From Amoebophrya sp. A120 (lineage: Eukaryota; Protista; Dinoflagellata), in assembly GCA_905178155.1 (NCBI GenBank), contig CAJINV010000002.1, positions 62,001-126,000 of the forward strand: a stretch of DNA of 64,000 bases, read 5' to 3'. Under the pieces are notes generated by a model. The model had not been told where the DNA came from. It saw nothing but the letters and a program-made list of their open reading frames with translations, and did not search any database. Shown piece after piece: positions 49,365 through 60,625 of this stretch (its first letter is position 1; every line of letters starts with the position of its first letter). Position numbers and translations under genes: made by a program.

Positions 49365-49656
49365 GATCAACAGCAAATACGTCTCTGTCTGGCAGACTAT
49401 GCGTTTTTGTCATGCATCTTGTGGACCACAGCCACACAGATGGCCTGGAATGCAAAAGAAACATCTTCACAGACTTTGCGAGAGATAAGTATGGCATTCC
49501 GCATGCCCATCCCGCATGAGAGATGAGTCGCCCTTTCCGTAGCAAAATAAGTTGACAACTTTCTCGGTGCTCATGAAACGCAGATATTTTCATTGCGATG
49601 CAGATTTAGCATGACAAGTTGCACTCTTCCCGACCCAGACATACTTGCAAGAGATA
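49365..49656. mobile_element. TIR element, family A (degenerate)
   Basis: GATCAACAGCAAATACGTCTCTGTCTGG...CCCGACCCAGACATACTTGCAAGAGATA; host frame not resolved. Confidence 0.7.
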
Positions 49657-50684
49657 ATATGTTCCTGGCTGCATCATCATCTTCGATTCGCGACCGTGTG
49701 GTAGTTCCTCGACGTTGTCCTGCTGCAGTAGCTGCTTTATTTGTAGAGAACCACGACGCACCACAAGCACGACTACAGGGTTCATCTCGCCAGCAGTGCT
49801 TCATCTGCGCGGATGAGGAGGGTCGCACACCATGACGACGACCTAATTTTGGTGCAGAGAAATGCTGCTATCGCTATGCAGGAGTGGTACAAGAGAAGCA
49901 CGGGTTGTGCAACATCATCACTCATCGAAGGTATTTCTCAAGCCAACAGCGCACACAAAAAATACGTCTCAACCCCGGCGCCACGATTTTCGCTTCTTCG
50001 TAAAAAGGCCCTCTGGTGTTGCTTTCGTTTTTGTCTGACAATAGTGTCAGTGTGCCTGCTTACGTGGATATCCCCTCGTCCGGCGGTGGCGACCTTCGTT
50101 TTGTCAGGGAAATTGAATATTAAATGTTGCTTAGAAGGGGGGGGGGTTGCAAAGCAAGAACATTACCATCGTCGATCATGATGACAAGCGGCTCCCACCT
50201 TACCGTTTCTACTACAACACAAAAAAAATACCTGATTGTTCGACTGTTTGAAAAATCTACACTTCCGGCTGCTGCAATCGTTGTTTAGGTTTATGTCTAC
50301 TGGGGGTCGAGGACAGAATTGGTTTTTTTATCGTGCAGTAGAGTCCCGGCAGGTCAAAACAGGGTGGTCCACTCGGATTACAAAAATTGTTTTATAAAGT
50401 AGTTTTGTGAATGATTTTGCTGTAGTGCTGTTTTTACTCTTATTTGCTTCTCGGCACCTCTCGGCGGCGCTGCTGCCCACGACTGCAGAAAGATCGTATG
50501 TATAATTGTCATCTATTTCCGTTGCAGCTGTTCTGTTTGTGTTCGTGTTCAAATTTTGTCTCAGGGGAAGAGGACAATTACTGATGCGTAGTTGTTCCGA
50601 AGTGGGTGTGTTGCTTGTGGCCAAAATTGGTCTTCCCGCAGAGTTATTGCTGCTCCCACTTTTTATTCACTCCTGTTGATAATA

Positions 50685-53600
50685 TCAGGATGGCTGCTGC
50701 TGCAGCTGCTGCTGCCCCTGTTCTTGCCCGTGCTGGTGGACCAAACCCTGCTGGGAATTCGCGTTCCTGCTGAAAATATTACTCCCACCGGCTTCATATC
50801 CTGTGCAGAAGTATCGTAGTCGTATACCTAGATTGCACTTGCATATTTTGTCTTTTTCTGCAAAGATCAGCATTACAAATTGATTTTTTCTTCTGGGTTC
50901 AAAAAGTTTCGTGATGCAATTCCTATATCGTGGTACTCGTACTGCGATGCTTCTGCAGTGAATACGGTTGCGATGGGCTGCGACGCGGCCTGAGCCTGCC
51001 CCGCAGCGTTCACCCCGAATGCGAATGCACGGTTGAAGCTACTCCCCTGGTTATTTGCGCCGATGCCAATCGATTGACTGTTGTTGAATATTCCTGCTCC
51101 AAAAACTACATTACGCGCGGCCACGACGACCGGTGCGGGTCCGGCGTCGGCTTGCGGCATCAGTTCGTCCTCCTCGTGGACGCCGGACGAGGATGCAGCA
51201 GCCGGCCCGTTCGGTGGTTGCGACGTTGTAGTCTGCTGGACATATTTATTTTTTTTTCGCGATGAAGTTCGAACAGCACCAACCAGCAAGACGAAGCGAG
51301 CAACTGGTGGTGGTCAAAATGCGGACAAAACAAAAGCTCTCCTTCTATGTCCTGTGTGCATTACAAATTCCGCGATCAAGACATCAATAGATGCAAGTAC
51401 CTGATTTCCCCCAAAAACATTCATAATCCGACTGCCGATCGGATTCAAAGTAGTCGTCGTCGTCCCAATCGTAGTACTCGCCTTGAAAGAAGTCCCGGCT
51501 CCACTGGGATTGAAAACCGCCGGTTGCTGCAGGGGCAATTTCGCGGTTGTACCAAAACCCAAATAGCCGCCGCCCGTGGAGAGCCGGCCGGCGGACGACG
51601 TCGCGGCCGATGGCAAGGAGGAGCTTGATGCGCCGGTAGAAGTCGTGGGAATTATCTTGTTGTGCTGGCTCGTGTTCGGGAATGATCTTCCACCCAGATT
51701 GAACTGTAACGGGGGAAGCGCCTTCGTCGTGTTCTGCAGGGTAGTTGTAGAAATTGGGGCCGCGTGGTACAGCACTCTCTGGTTCTTATTCACGTCGGGG
51801 GCATGCGCATGATGTGATGTGGTCGAACCCGTTGTTCTGTTCTCGTGGGGCGGATAAACGCTCGAGACTGATTTATGCATCGCAAATAGGTCTGGGTCTG
51901 GCTCTGGAAACTTGTGATGAGGAATTCTACGTGATCGGCGAACTTCTACGCCAGCCAAGCATGACAACTTCTATACGACGCTCTCTAGTCATGCGCAGTG
52001 CGCACTACAAACTGCGTTTTTGAATGACAAATGAAGTTGCTTGGGTTCTTCTGCAGTTCGTCATGCAATACAGATTTTGTAGGAGTACCAGACAACCAGC
52101 ACAAGTTCCACTTTTCCAAACCCAGACGCAGTGGCAGTTGATATGATTTCTTCTGCTGAAAATCGTCCACGCACGCTTCTTATCAAATGCAAATATGTCT
52201 GGGTCTGGAAATTTGTCATGCCGAAATGTGCAAGAGAAAGTACGCTTCCTTATGCAGGAAAGCATGACAAGACAAGTTTGCAGGACGCTTTCTCATACGA
52301 ACTCTGCATGAGAAAATGCGTTTTTGTATGACATGAGAGGCTACCAGTTTTGTTGGTCATTCAATACAGATTTCACAGGAATGCAAGATGAGCATCACAA
52401 GTTCCAACTTTCCAGACCCAGACATATTTGGATTTGATACCTCCTCTTCCAACCGCCGGGTCGGCCGTATGGAGTTCTCAAACGTGATATTGCGAGGAAA
52501 AATCCCCCCTCCCCATATCGAAAGTAAACTTGTGATGCTGGATTTGCGTACACAAATCGACTTGTATTGCTAGAATGCCAAGAGACGCAGCTGTGGCCTG
52601 AACTGCAGGCAGTTTGTCATGCTGTTTTCCACTTCCAGTTGTCTCCTCTCTTGCTGAAAGTGCAAGGCTTTCTCACGCCAGCCAGCACTACAGTCCGCAT
52701 CTTTTGCCTTCTAGCATGACAACGTGATTTGTGGTAGCAAATCATGCTACACAAATCTCCGTTTTGGTATGGGGTGGGGGCTTTTTTCACTCTGATACGT
52801 GTGGCTCTCAGCTGTAGTTACGTGAACTGGTAATTTGCAATAGAGAGGCATCAAAATGAAAATTGGCCGAGATGAGTATCTTCTTGCGCCCCTAGCATTA
52901 CAAATTCGGCACAGAAGATTTCTGTGCGGTGTAGCCGTTCAAAAATTTGTCATGCGAGGTAGCTGCGTCGTGTAGACGGACCTTGGTGTTGACTTTGCAT
53001 GACAAATCACGCAACAGCCGCTGAGACGAAGGTCGCGTTTCAGAGTTCCATAGACCGCGTTGATTTGTTGTTCTGCTCACCCTCATTCGCAGCAAATAAA
53101 CTTTCCGCGCTTCCGGCTTCTTGGTCGGCCTGGCCGATATCAACCAGGTTACTATTTGAGCGGTTGTTTACAAACTCTTCCTCGTATTGCTTCTGTACGT
53201 GACCGGTAAGGGAGGCCAGTGCACGTGCGTTTAATCCCGCGGTCGCGGCGGGCGCAGCACGAGAAGATGAGGAGGAGCTACCGGAATCATGAGAAGTTGC
53301 CGACGAAGACGAAGAGGTCAACAGCTCGGGTTGTTGTTGTTCTTGTTGTTCTGGTCCACTTCTATTCATCCTCATCGTGGCAAACGGATTATTACCCTGC
53401 AGCAAACTCCTGCCCCTGCTAGATCCTGTTGTCCCCAACGCCGGTCGTGGTGGCTGTGGGAGAAATGGGGAAGAGGTAGATGGGTAGTTGTTGTGGTTCT
53501 CCTGCAGTCGAATACGCTTGTCCTCCCACCCACTTGACGAAGAGGAAGAAAACGAGTTGTTCTCGTAGTTATCGGCAGAGATTGGTGAAAACGCAGCGGC

Positions 53601-54040
53601 TTGGTCTCCTGCTCCAGAACCATGGGAGGTGTCCTATGCTTTGCAACAGTATCGTTTGTTCGTGCTAGTATACAAAATTGCATCACATCAAATTTTCTCA
53701 AAAGGAAAACTGGAATTCATAATTCTGACACACCTAAAAAAGGGATGTTTGTCATGCTTGATAGCAAAATTACGACGAGTGCGATACTTTATTTGCACGG
53801 GATATACCAGGAGATATTACGATGTTGGTTCTTGGCTGCGTGCCGAATTGCATCACCATTGACGTGATGCCGTGATTTAGTGCTTCCCCCGTGTTGCCCC
53901 ATCGCTCGGCTTTCTTATCGTATTTCTGCTGCAGGTGCCGGTATTCCCGCACCCGCTTATTGGACGTCTGTGCGATTTCATCCTGCTCTCGTACGATATT
54001 TTGTCCTATGCTGTGCAAAAGTGTTTTCAGCACTTGCTGC
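50685..54040 (-). CDS. Multi-exon S/T/N/G-rich low-complexity protein with scattered FG/F motifs (weakly nucleoporin-like)
   Basis: ORFs 53770-54033, 53040-53438, 51985-52170, 51314-51967, 50873-51289 and 50685-50873 join in frame after removing elements 53635-53804, 52468-53052, 52181-52439, 51874-52143, 50797-50964 (+5 nt) and a putative GT-AG intron 51236-51400. Confidence 0.65.
50797..50964. mobile_element. TIR introner, family C
   Basis: TATCCTGTGCAGAAGTATCG...CGATGCTTCTGCAGTGAATA; in-frame removal. Confidence 0.78.
51874..52143. mobile_element. TIR introner, family A
   Basis: Perfect DR TGATT. Confidence 0.9.
52181..52439. mobile_element. TIR introner, family A
   Basis: Near-perfect ~30-bp TIR; DR CTTCT/CCTCC. 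Confidence 0.9.
52468..53052. mobile_element. TIR introner, family E, outer element of a nested pair
   Basis: TATGGAGTTCTCAAACG...CGTTTCAGAGTTCCATA; DR GGCCG/GACCG; in-frame removal. Confidence 0.85.
52488..52797. mobile_element. TIR element, family D, nested inside 52468-53052
   Basis: Reverse-orientation homologue of 23567-23877; DR CGTGA/CGTGT; splits the outer element's left TIR. Confidence 0.88.
53635..53804. mobile_element. TIR introner, family C
   Basis: TATGCTTTGCAACAGTATCG...CGATACTTTATTTGCACGGGATA; in-frame removal. Confidence 0.75.
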
Positions 54041-54194
54041 TAGAACTGCGATTTTCGTTGAAGAAGCTGTAGCAGGAGCGGTACTTCTCATGTAAGCGTC
54101 ATGTTCTTACGTTGTCCAGAGCCAGACCGCCTCTTGCTGTATTGCAATATTTTTTGCATGAAATCGTGACCACGCAGTTCATGCCTGTGCGATA

Positions 54195-54572
54195 GATACT
54201 TTTACGCCGGCTATCTTCCTCTTCCGCCCTCTCGCGTTCCTGCCGACGCTCCAGCTCTTGCCGGCGGTGGGTAGCCACCTCCCGGGCCCAGACGTCCCTT
54301 TTGATTTCCTCTTGGAGCGCCAAATCGGCGGCCTCCGCGCTTCTCTGCAGGTACGCGGATTGTCGCATAGCGGCCGCGTCGCGGACATTGCGTGCACGCC
54401 GCTGCTCCGTTTCGCACTGCACCTGCAGCGTTGCCTCGTAGAGGCGTGGATCTTTTCTCGTATACCCTTCCACTCCGAGCCGGGGCACGTACACGGGCCC
54501 AAGACCCATGCTGCGCGCGCGGCCCGGTGCTGGGGGAGCTGGGTCGTCAGGGGGATCGGATTCAGAGGACAT
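54195..54572 (-). CDS. Charged helical protein exon, possibly the 5' exon of the 50685-54040 gene
   Basis: ORF MSSESDPPDD...RRQELERRQERERAEEEDSRRK has protein-like composition; I could not resolve its junction to the next exon. Confidence 0.45.
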
Positions 54573-57459
54573 GTTTCGATACGGAAGGTTCTTTTGCCGA
54601 AGTAGGTATTAAGCACGGCTGTCTATATGATAGTTCGAAATAGAGGCGGCCGCCGCCACGTCCTTCTCCCTAGTTTGACATGGACAGCAGTGTAAAACTC
54701 GCCTTGGTTGTTTGTTAGCAAAACGAGAGGTTTTCTTTTCCTCTGTATTGGGTTATTTCGCGTGCGCATGGGCGTGACCACGTCCCCTTCTCTCCGATCG
54801 GACAGTGGTCGCACGAAATCCCAGAAATATATGTCGTACGTACGAAGAGGATATCTCAGCAACTTCGCTCGGCTTCTCCGTCCTCTCAGAAATGCAATTG
54901 CTCGGCTTCATATAAAAGTCCCGATCACTCCATGGTGCTCTTGCTAATGATAGACACATAGTGTCGACGACGAATCTGAATATCAGGGACCGAGTGTCGC
55001 ACGATGCGGCGAAGGCGAAGACTAGTTCGAAGCAGAGTAGTTGTCTCGCAACCGATGCGCAACAAGAACAACTAGAACTACGCACCATTTTGGCGGACTC
55101 CACATTGGGGACACCCTGCGTGCCCGACCATGATGTGTATGAGGTGAAAGTACGTAGCTCAGACGCAGGCTGCGGCAACTTCTTTTCGGCCCCGCCGCGC
55201 CAGTGCAGAATAGTGACACCACTTTAATACGCTTGGGACAGTGGCGGGTCTCCGCGACAATAAGTGGCACACCGGCGGGCCCACAACATGAAGTCACGCC
55301 CAAGGGCTCTTTGCGACACGATCATGACAGAGGCGCAGGCGAGGGTCGGCACGGGGGACACGGCCGGCAAGAGCGCGCGCGGCGTGCGCCCACGCACACA
55401 CTGATGGGCCCCGCGGCCACCTCGTCGCGCGGGTTCCGGCGCTAAGGAGGCAGCGGGCGTGGCGTGCCACCACCAGAGCCCTGTGACAAGAGTCGCGCGC
55501 GCCTCTCGCAGCTTCTTCCACCTTGTTTGCCCCGCTTCGGGTGGTCCGGCGTGAGAGGCGGTGTAGCCCAGCTCTAAGTTGAGCTGTGCCGCGGCCGTTG
55601 ACAGCGTGAGGAAAGTATCTCCATCATGCGCCAACCAACGCAGAAAGTTCGCGCGGCTGTGGCTGCGGCTCTTCCGTATGCAAAGAAGCCCCGTCGCGCC
55701 ACCTAGGGGCTGCGCTGCCACGCGCCTGCGCGCGCCCGCTGGCGCGCAAGATGAACGGGAGGCGCACGTCGCCGCCCCTGATTATATGTCCTGCTTGCTG
55801 GAAACGCACACTCTACGCATGAAGAGGATCTCGCGGAAAGTTCACTCAGCTTTTTCACCTCGCAAAAACGCAGCTACTCGGCTTCATATCTAAGTCCTTA
55901 TCACTCCACGCCGGTCTTGCGAATGCAGTTGTAGACAAGAAGGAAACTACTTTTTCATGAACAAAATTCGAGTATTCTGCACGAAGGTCTTGCAATAGAA
56001 CACACTTTTTTTTATCTTTATGAACAAACTTGCTTTGTTGTCAACTACTCGTCGCGGGCACTGTACAACTAGAGCTCCATGCTGTACTTACTTTGGTTCA
56101 AGTACAGCAACTATCCTCATTAGTGTGATCCTCAATATTTTCATCATCGTTTATTACAGTTTTGTTGTCTGCTGGTGGTCGAAAGCCAGCATATTGACCA
56201 GCCTTGTCATCTTCCTTGTTATCTAGCCTTTTTCGTCGCACCCACCCTGAGGAAGCACCAGTTTGATTCTTGTACTATTGGTGCGTGATCTTAATCAAGA
56301 CATCCGGGCGAAACAGTGGATTTATCACACGAGTCGGCGCGAAGATGACGAAAAGGGGAGGTCTCTAAATTGCATTTATTTCGTGTTGATGCTCTTTTTC
56401 TCCAGTTCAAAGACGTAGTGTCACGACTGTCTAGGTTCGCGATAACGAGTTTCACATCATGATTGCTGATGCGACAAAGCCGTGTCCTCTAGGTACTACC
56501 TTCCAGTTGTTCATTTTGACGTTACTCCAGGTACTTCCAGTTTCCGGTGAGGGGCTGGGTGACAACGAAAATCTGCAACTCCTGTTCTTCGGCCGTTTCG
56601 CGGTCCACCTCATCTCCGTCACTACAGTGCGGCGCCGCCATATGGAGGGTTCATCAGGATCGAACCGGACAAAGCTGAAATAGTGATTATGCTTAGCCAT
56701 GCATAAAACCGGTAACCGCTGTTTCCCAGTTTCTAGGCAGCGCATGACAAATATTGGCAGTACCTAAATCCAGTTTGTCATGCTGTTTCGCCGAAGAAAA
56801 CATCTTTTTCCATGGTCCTACTGCAGCAGCTTTCTCTCCATCTCTGAACAAGCTTACAACCGGGCTCACTTCCCTGCTTTCCAGTACATGCACGTCATGC
56901 CTCCTCAATTTCTGCATAAGTAATGAAATATTTCAACTTTGCCGATTTGGGTCCTGACGCTCCCATACGCCAGTAGGTCTGCGATTGGCATGTCGCTCGT
57001 CGGGTCCAACTGCTCGCCATTGCAAAAATATATCGTGCTGAAAAAGCTTCTGCAATAACCCGAGCAAAAAAAATTTTCAGGCTGCGAAGGAGAACTACAA
57101 CTTCTCAAGTTTTTCTTACCGCATGACATCAATCTCAAACACATTATATAAACATTTTTGGCTCGGGTGAAGATATTTCTTTTTCACACGATAGAAAACA
57201 GCAGCTTGGTTCCCCCAGCAGACGACCGTATCAGACTGAAAAGACCCCGAGCTGTGCAATCGATCAAAGGTGGTCTCTACAAGGTGAAAAAAACACTCAA
57301 GATGAAATACCGGATACCGTATAGAAAGGAAATATTCCTTCACAGCGGCAGTGCGCATGACAGTTCGTTTCGAACAATGCGGCGAATATGCATATTTTCT
57401 CCGTACTCCGGGGTGTACTACGGGTAGAATCAACAAAATTGATTGACACATAACTGATT

Positions 57460-59778
57460 TCAAGATAACCTTCTGACGTCGTGCACGCACCTGGTACTTT
57501 TGCAAACTTGCATATTCTGGAAGCAGTCACGAATGCAGTGTCGGAGGTAGTACGGGTCCATGAGGTCGAACTTGGCAAGGAGGGGGTCATGCCTCGGAAA
57601 CCGCTTTCGGAGCTCCTCTTTGACGAAGTATTGGTCGATCAGCTGTATCCCCTGCAAAAGCATCGCGGTCGTACTGTGACTAAAAAGGTAAAGATAAAGT
57701 AACTGCAATACTGCATGACAAATCCTCTCGTCACGACATAAACATCATTCATACATAGAGTGAACAGATCAGTATTTCAAAATCCATTTCTCCTTCTGCG
57801 TGTTAGTGTTACGATGATTTTACAATGCATAGGCCGCTTGGCGGTCTCTAGGACGTGGCTCGCATGTCGCACCAGGACTTGTTTTCCCCAAGCGCGTGAG
57901 TCCCACTGGACTTCTCGATGTGCCCACACGTCGGCGACGTGTAGGAAAAAATCTCGCTCTGACGCGTCGCAGTCAAGCTCGACAACCACCTCGCCGTCTT
58001 GCAGGCTAATGCCGTCGAAGGCCTCCAGAACGCTCTTCTTCTGTAATGTAGTGTTGCTCAGGAGAGGAGTGACGAAAAAACTTCATAATCTACAAATAGA
58101 ATGCGCATGACAGATTCCCACGATGGCAACCAGCATGAAATAACAATAAAAGCGATAATGCTCTTTTACAATTATATTTCGAAGGTACTTGCTGCGCAGA
58201 ACACTCCGACACCAAATAATCCAAGACATTTCAATACAAGCTGTGAGTACCGAAAATCCGGTGGCAAACTCGAAATATGGCCCGTCCCCCGTTGAGAGCA
58301 GGTGTATGCATTGCAAATATCCCTGGGTCTGGAAGAATGCAAAGTCTATTCTATCCACACGACTTTTGCATGACACATGAGAAGGCTAGCATGCAGGCTC
58401 TAACGTCACAGGTTTTCGTGCAAATATACCTTATTGCTGCCTATCAGTTACTATTTCCATCTCGCATGCCAACCCCCCGCTCTCTGTAGCAAGAATTTTT
58501 CACCGACTTTCCCTGTTCACGGATGACACACATATTTCGAGTGATCTGAAATGCTGCGCATCACAAGTTTACGCCTTTATAGATTGATCCAGACAACATG
58601 TTTGCACTGAATAAAGCTGCGAGCGCGACGCTCAGGTATTATATCTGTGAGACGGCCAGATGCCCTATCTTCATCCCACCTCGCGTGGTCCGCATCACGA
58701 TGTTCGCGTTCCGCCGTTGCGCCCGATATGTCTCTGAACCTGGGACTGATCCAGTCGAGCAGGGCCTGAAGCTCGGCAGCGGTGTACTTCATCCGGAGAC
58801 AGCGGTCACCTTCTGCCCTGATGCACCTCGCGGCCAACTCCTCGTTCGAAGTCGGGCCCTGCAAAAATTTCACGGGATATGCGTCGCGATAGGAAAGAGT
58901 GTGCAGAAACCTCGTCGTGAAGAAGAGGTCGAAATGAAACCCCTGGCGGACGAAGCCTACTACTTGGTCGGGCTGCGATGAGCGGAAGCCCTTCACTCGC
59001 AACTCCCCGCAAAACTCTGGGGTTATTAAACACCGCCGCAAAACTTCATTTGCAGTATCTGGCAGGCCGTCGAAGTGCATCCGGACTACGGGAAAGTCCA
59101 CTCTGCTACACCCGGTCTCGTCCGACGGGTCGTCCGACTGGTACCACTTAGACTCGAGCAGCTCTTCTCGTTGGATGAAGTGCTCGTACTCCTGGCCGGT
59201 CCTGTAGACGAAACTGTTGAAAGCTTCGCAGTATGCAATACAAGTATGTCTGGGACTCCAACTTTGGAAAAATCAGTAGGTACTTACTTGTCATGCTCAG
59301 CCGGGCCGATGGGCAACTTGAATTTCGGATGCACAGCTGTTGAGAATCAAATTTTGATGACCGGCTCATGAATCGCTATTGGTAAGCAAGTAGTATCAAG
59401 AACTCCTGTTTCATCAGCCCCAGACACAATTGCAGTTGATACACAGGCATCCTTGACGGTCGGTTCGTCTGCTGTAAGCAGCTTGCCAGGCGCCCCGAAA
59501 TCCGGATGAAAGTTGAAGAGCAACTCGTCGCCGGCATTGGTGAACCGCACGGACGGGGGGCCGCGCACCTCAGGTGGCGGGGGCGGAACATCGGACTGCG
59601 GCTCAAATGCGGCGGACGTCGATGTTCCAGGGACGGGAAAAGACCGTTTCATCGCCATATGATCTGCATCAGCCGCCATGGCCGCTAGTTCCGGGCATTG
59701 CTCGCCATCGACCAGCCTGCCGTGGCACGGCACCTCCAATAACAGCTGCTTGCGCATGGATGAGGTTTCCTGGGTCAC
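57460..59778 (-). CDS. Multi-exon protein of unknown function (partial model)
   Basis: ORFs 59347-59778, 58577-59101 and 58083-58376 join in frame after removing 59232-59441 and 58305-58613 (+5 nt): KDAC|EAFNSFVYRTGQEYEHFIQREELLESKWY...VDFPVVR. Further protein-like exons lie in 57777-57989 and 57460-57708. Confidence 0.55.
58305..58613. mobile_element. TIR introner, family A
   Basis: TATGCATTGCAAATATCCCTGGGTCTGG...CCAGACAACATGTTTGCACTGAATA; in-frame removal. Confidence 0.8.
59232..59441. mobile_element. TIR introner, family A
   Basis: DR CGCAG/CACAG; in-frame removal. Confidence 0.85.
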
Positions 59779-60625
59779 GTTGCCTGACGGTGCTGCAGTG
59801 AAGTGTCGCCAAAATGATCAAATCCGAGCAAATCTGCATTACTACACGTGTCATGCACCGGTCGGAAGATGTAATGACTTTCGCAGAATCTTAAAAATCA
59901 CACTCACATGCTCTCCCTGACCATCGAGCGTCATGCTTACACTTAGCAGCTTCGTCTTCCGGGTAGAGTTGAAGTTGAATTACTGCAACGACAAATAGCA
60001 ATAAGTACCGTCCCATTTGATAGGTTTTTTCGCATGGCTGTAGTTCGTCAGGAGACCGCTGTTCATTCCTTGGTCATCCACCTCCACGAAAGGCTGTTGC
60101 ACCGCTGGGCAGGTGTTCACGTCGTGCATGGGGAAGGTAATCCGGTCATGGATATGCCAACAAAAGGTCACAACGCCAAAGAAGAAGAGGTTCTATTTCG
60201 GTTCTATTTTTTACAAAAGCTGAAGATGGTAGTGATTGAATTTCGTTTTTCTTTGTGACCCGGTGGTGATTTCATGAAAATGCTGTCGGAAGGCACTGTG
60301 ATCTTTTCCTGTTATCATATCGTGGTCGCTCCTGACTGTCATCGGGGGTCATTCCTGCCATCGGCACATCCTCACTCAGTGTCGAAGCCGGTCCTGTTGA
60401 AATGATTTTTGTTTTGTTTATTCTTCGATGTCGTGCGAAAAGATCGTCTTACTCGTGGTGTAGATTGCCCCGATGCCACAGAGGCCACGATGAAAAAATT
60501 TGCAAAATAATGTCATGCTGACATTCCTTACACTACCGTAAGTTCACACTTATACTACTCGAAGACGAGTGCCATGTAGCTACACGGGTATGATTACAAT
60601 ATAGAAAATCAATTTCAAAATCAAA

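Noticed and set aside
54007-54194. Candidate introner linking ORF 54099-54572 to the downstream gene
   Set aside because: Poor TIR match, and +5 removal runs into a stop.
54600-55900. GC-rich, introner-free stretch with overlapping ORFs as a possible transposase or autonomous element
   Set aside because: I recognised no DDE, HUH, tyrosine-recombinase or RT motifs and no TAT..ATA ends; left uncalled.
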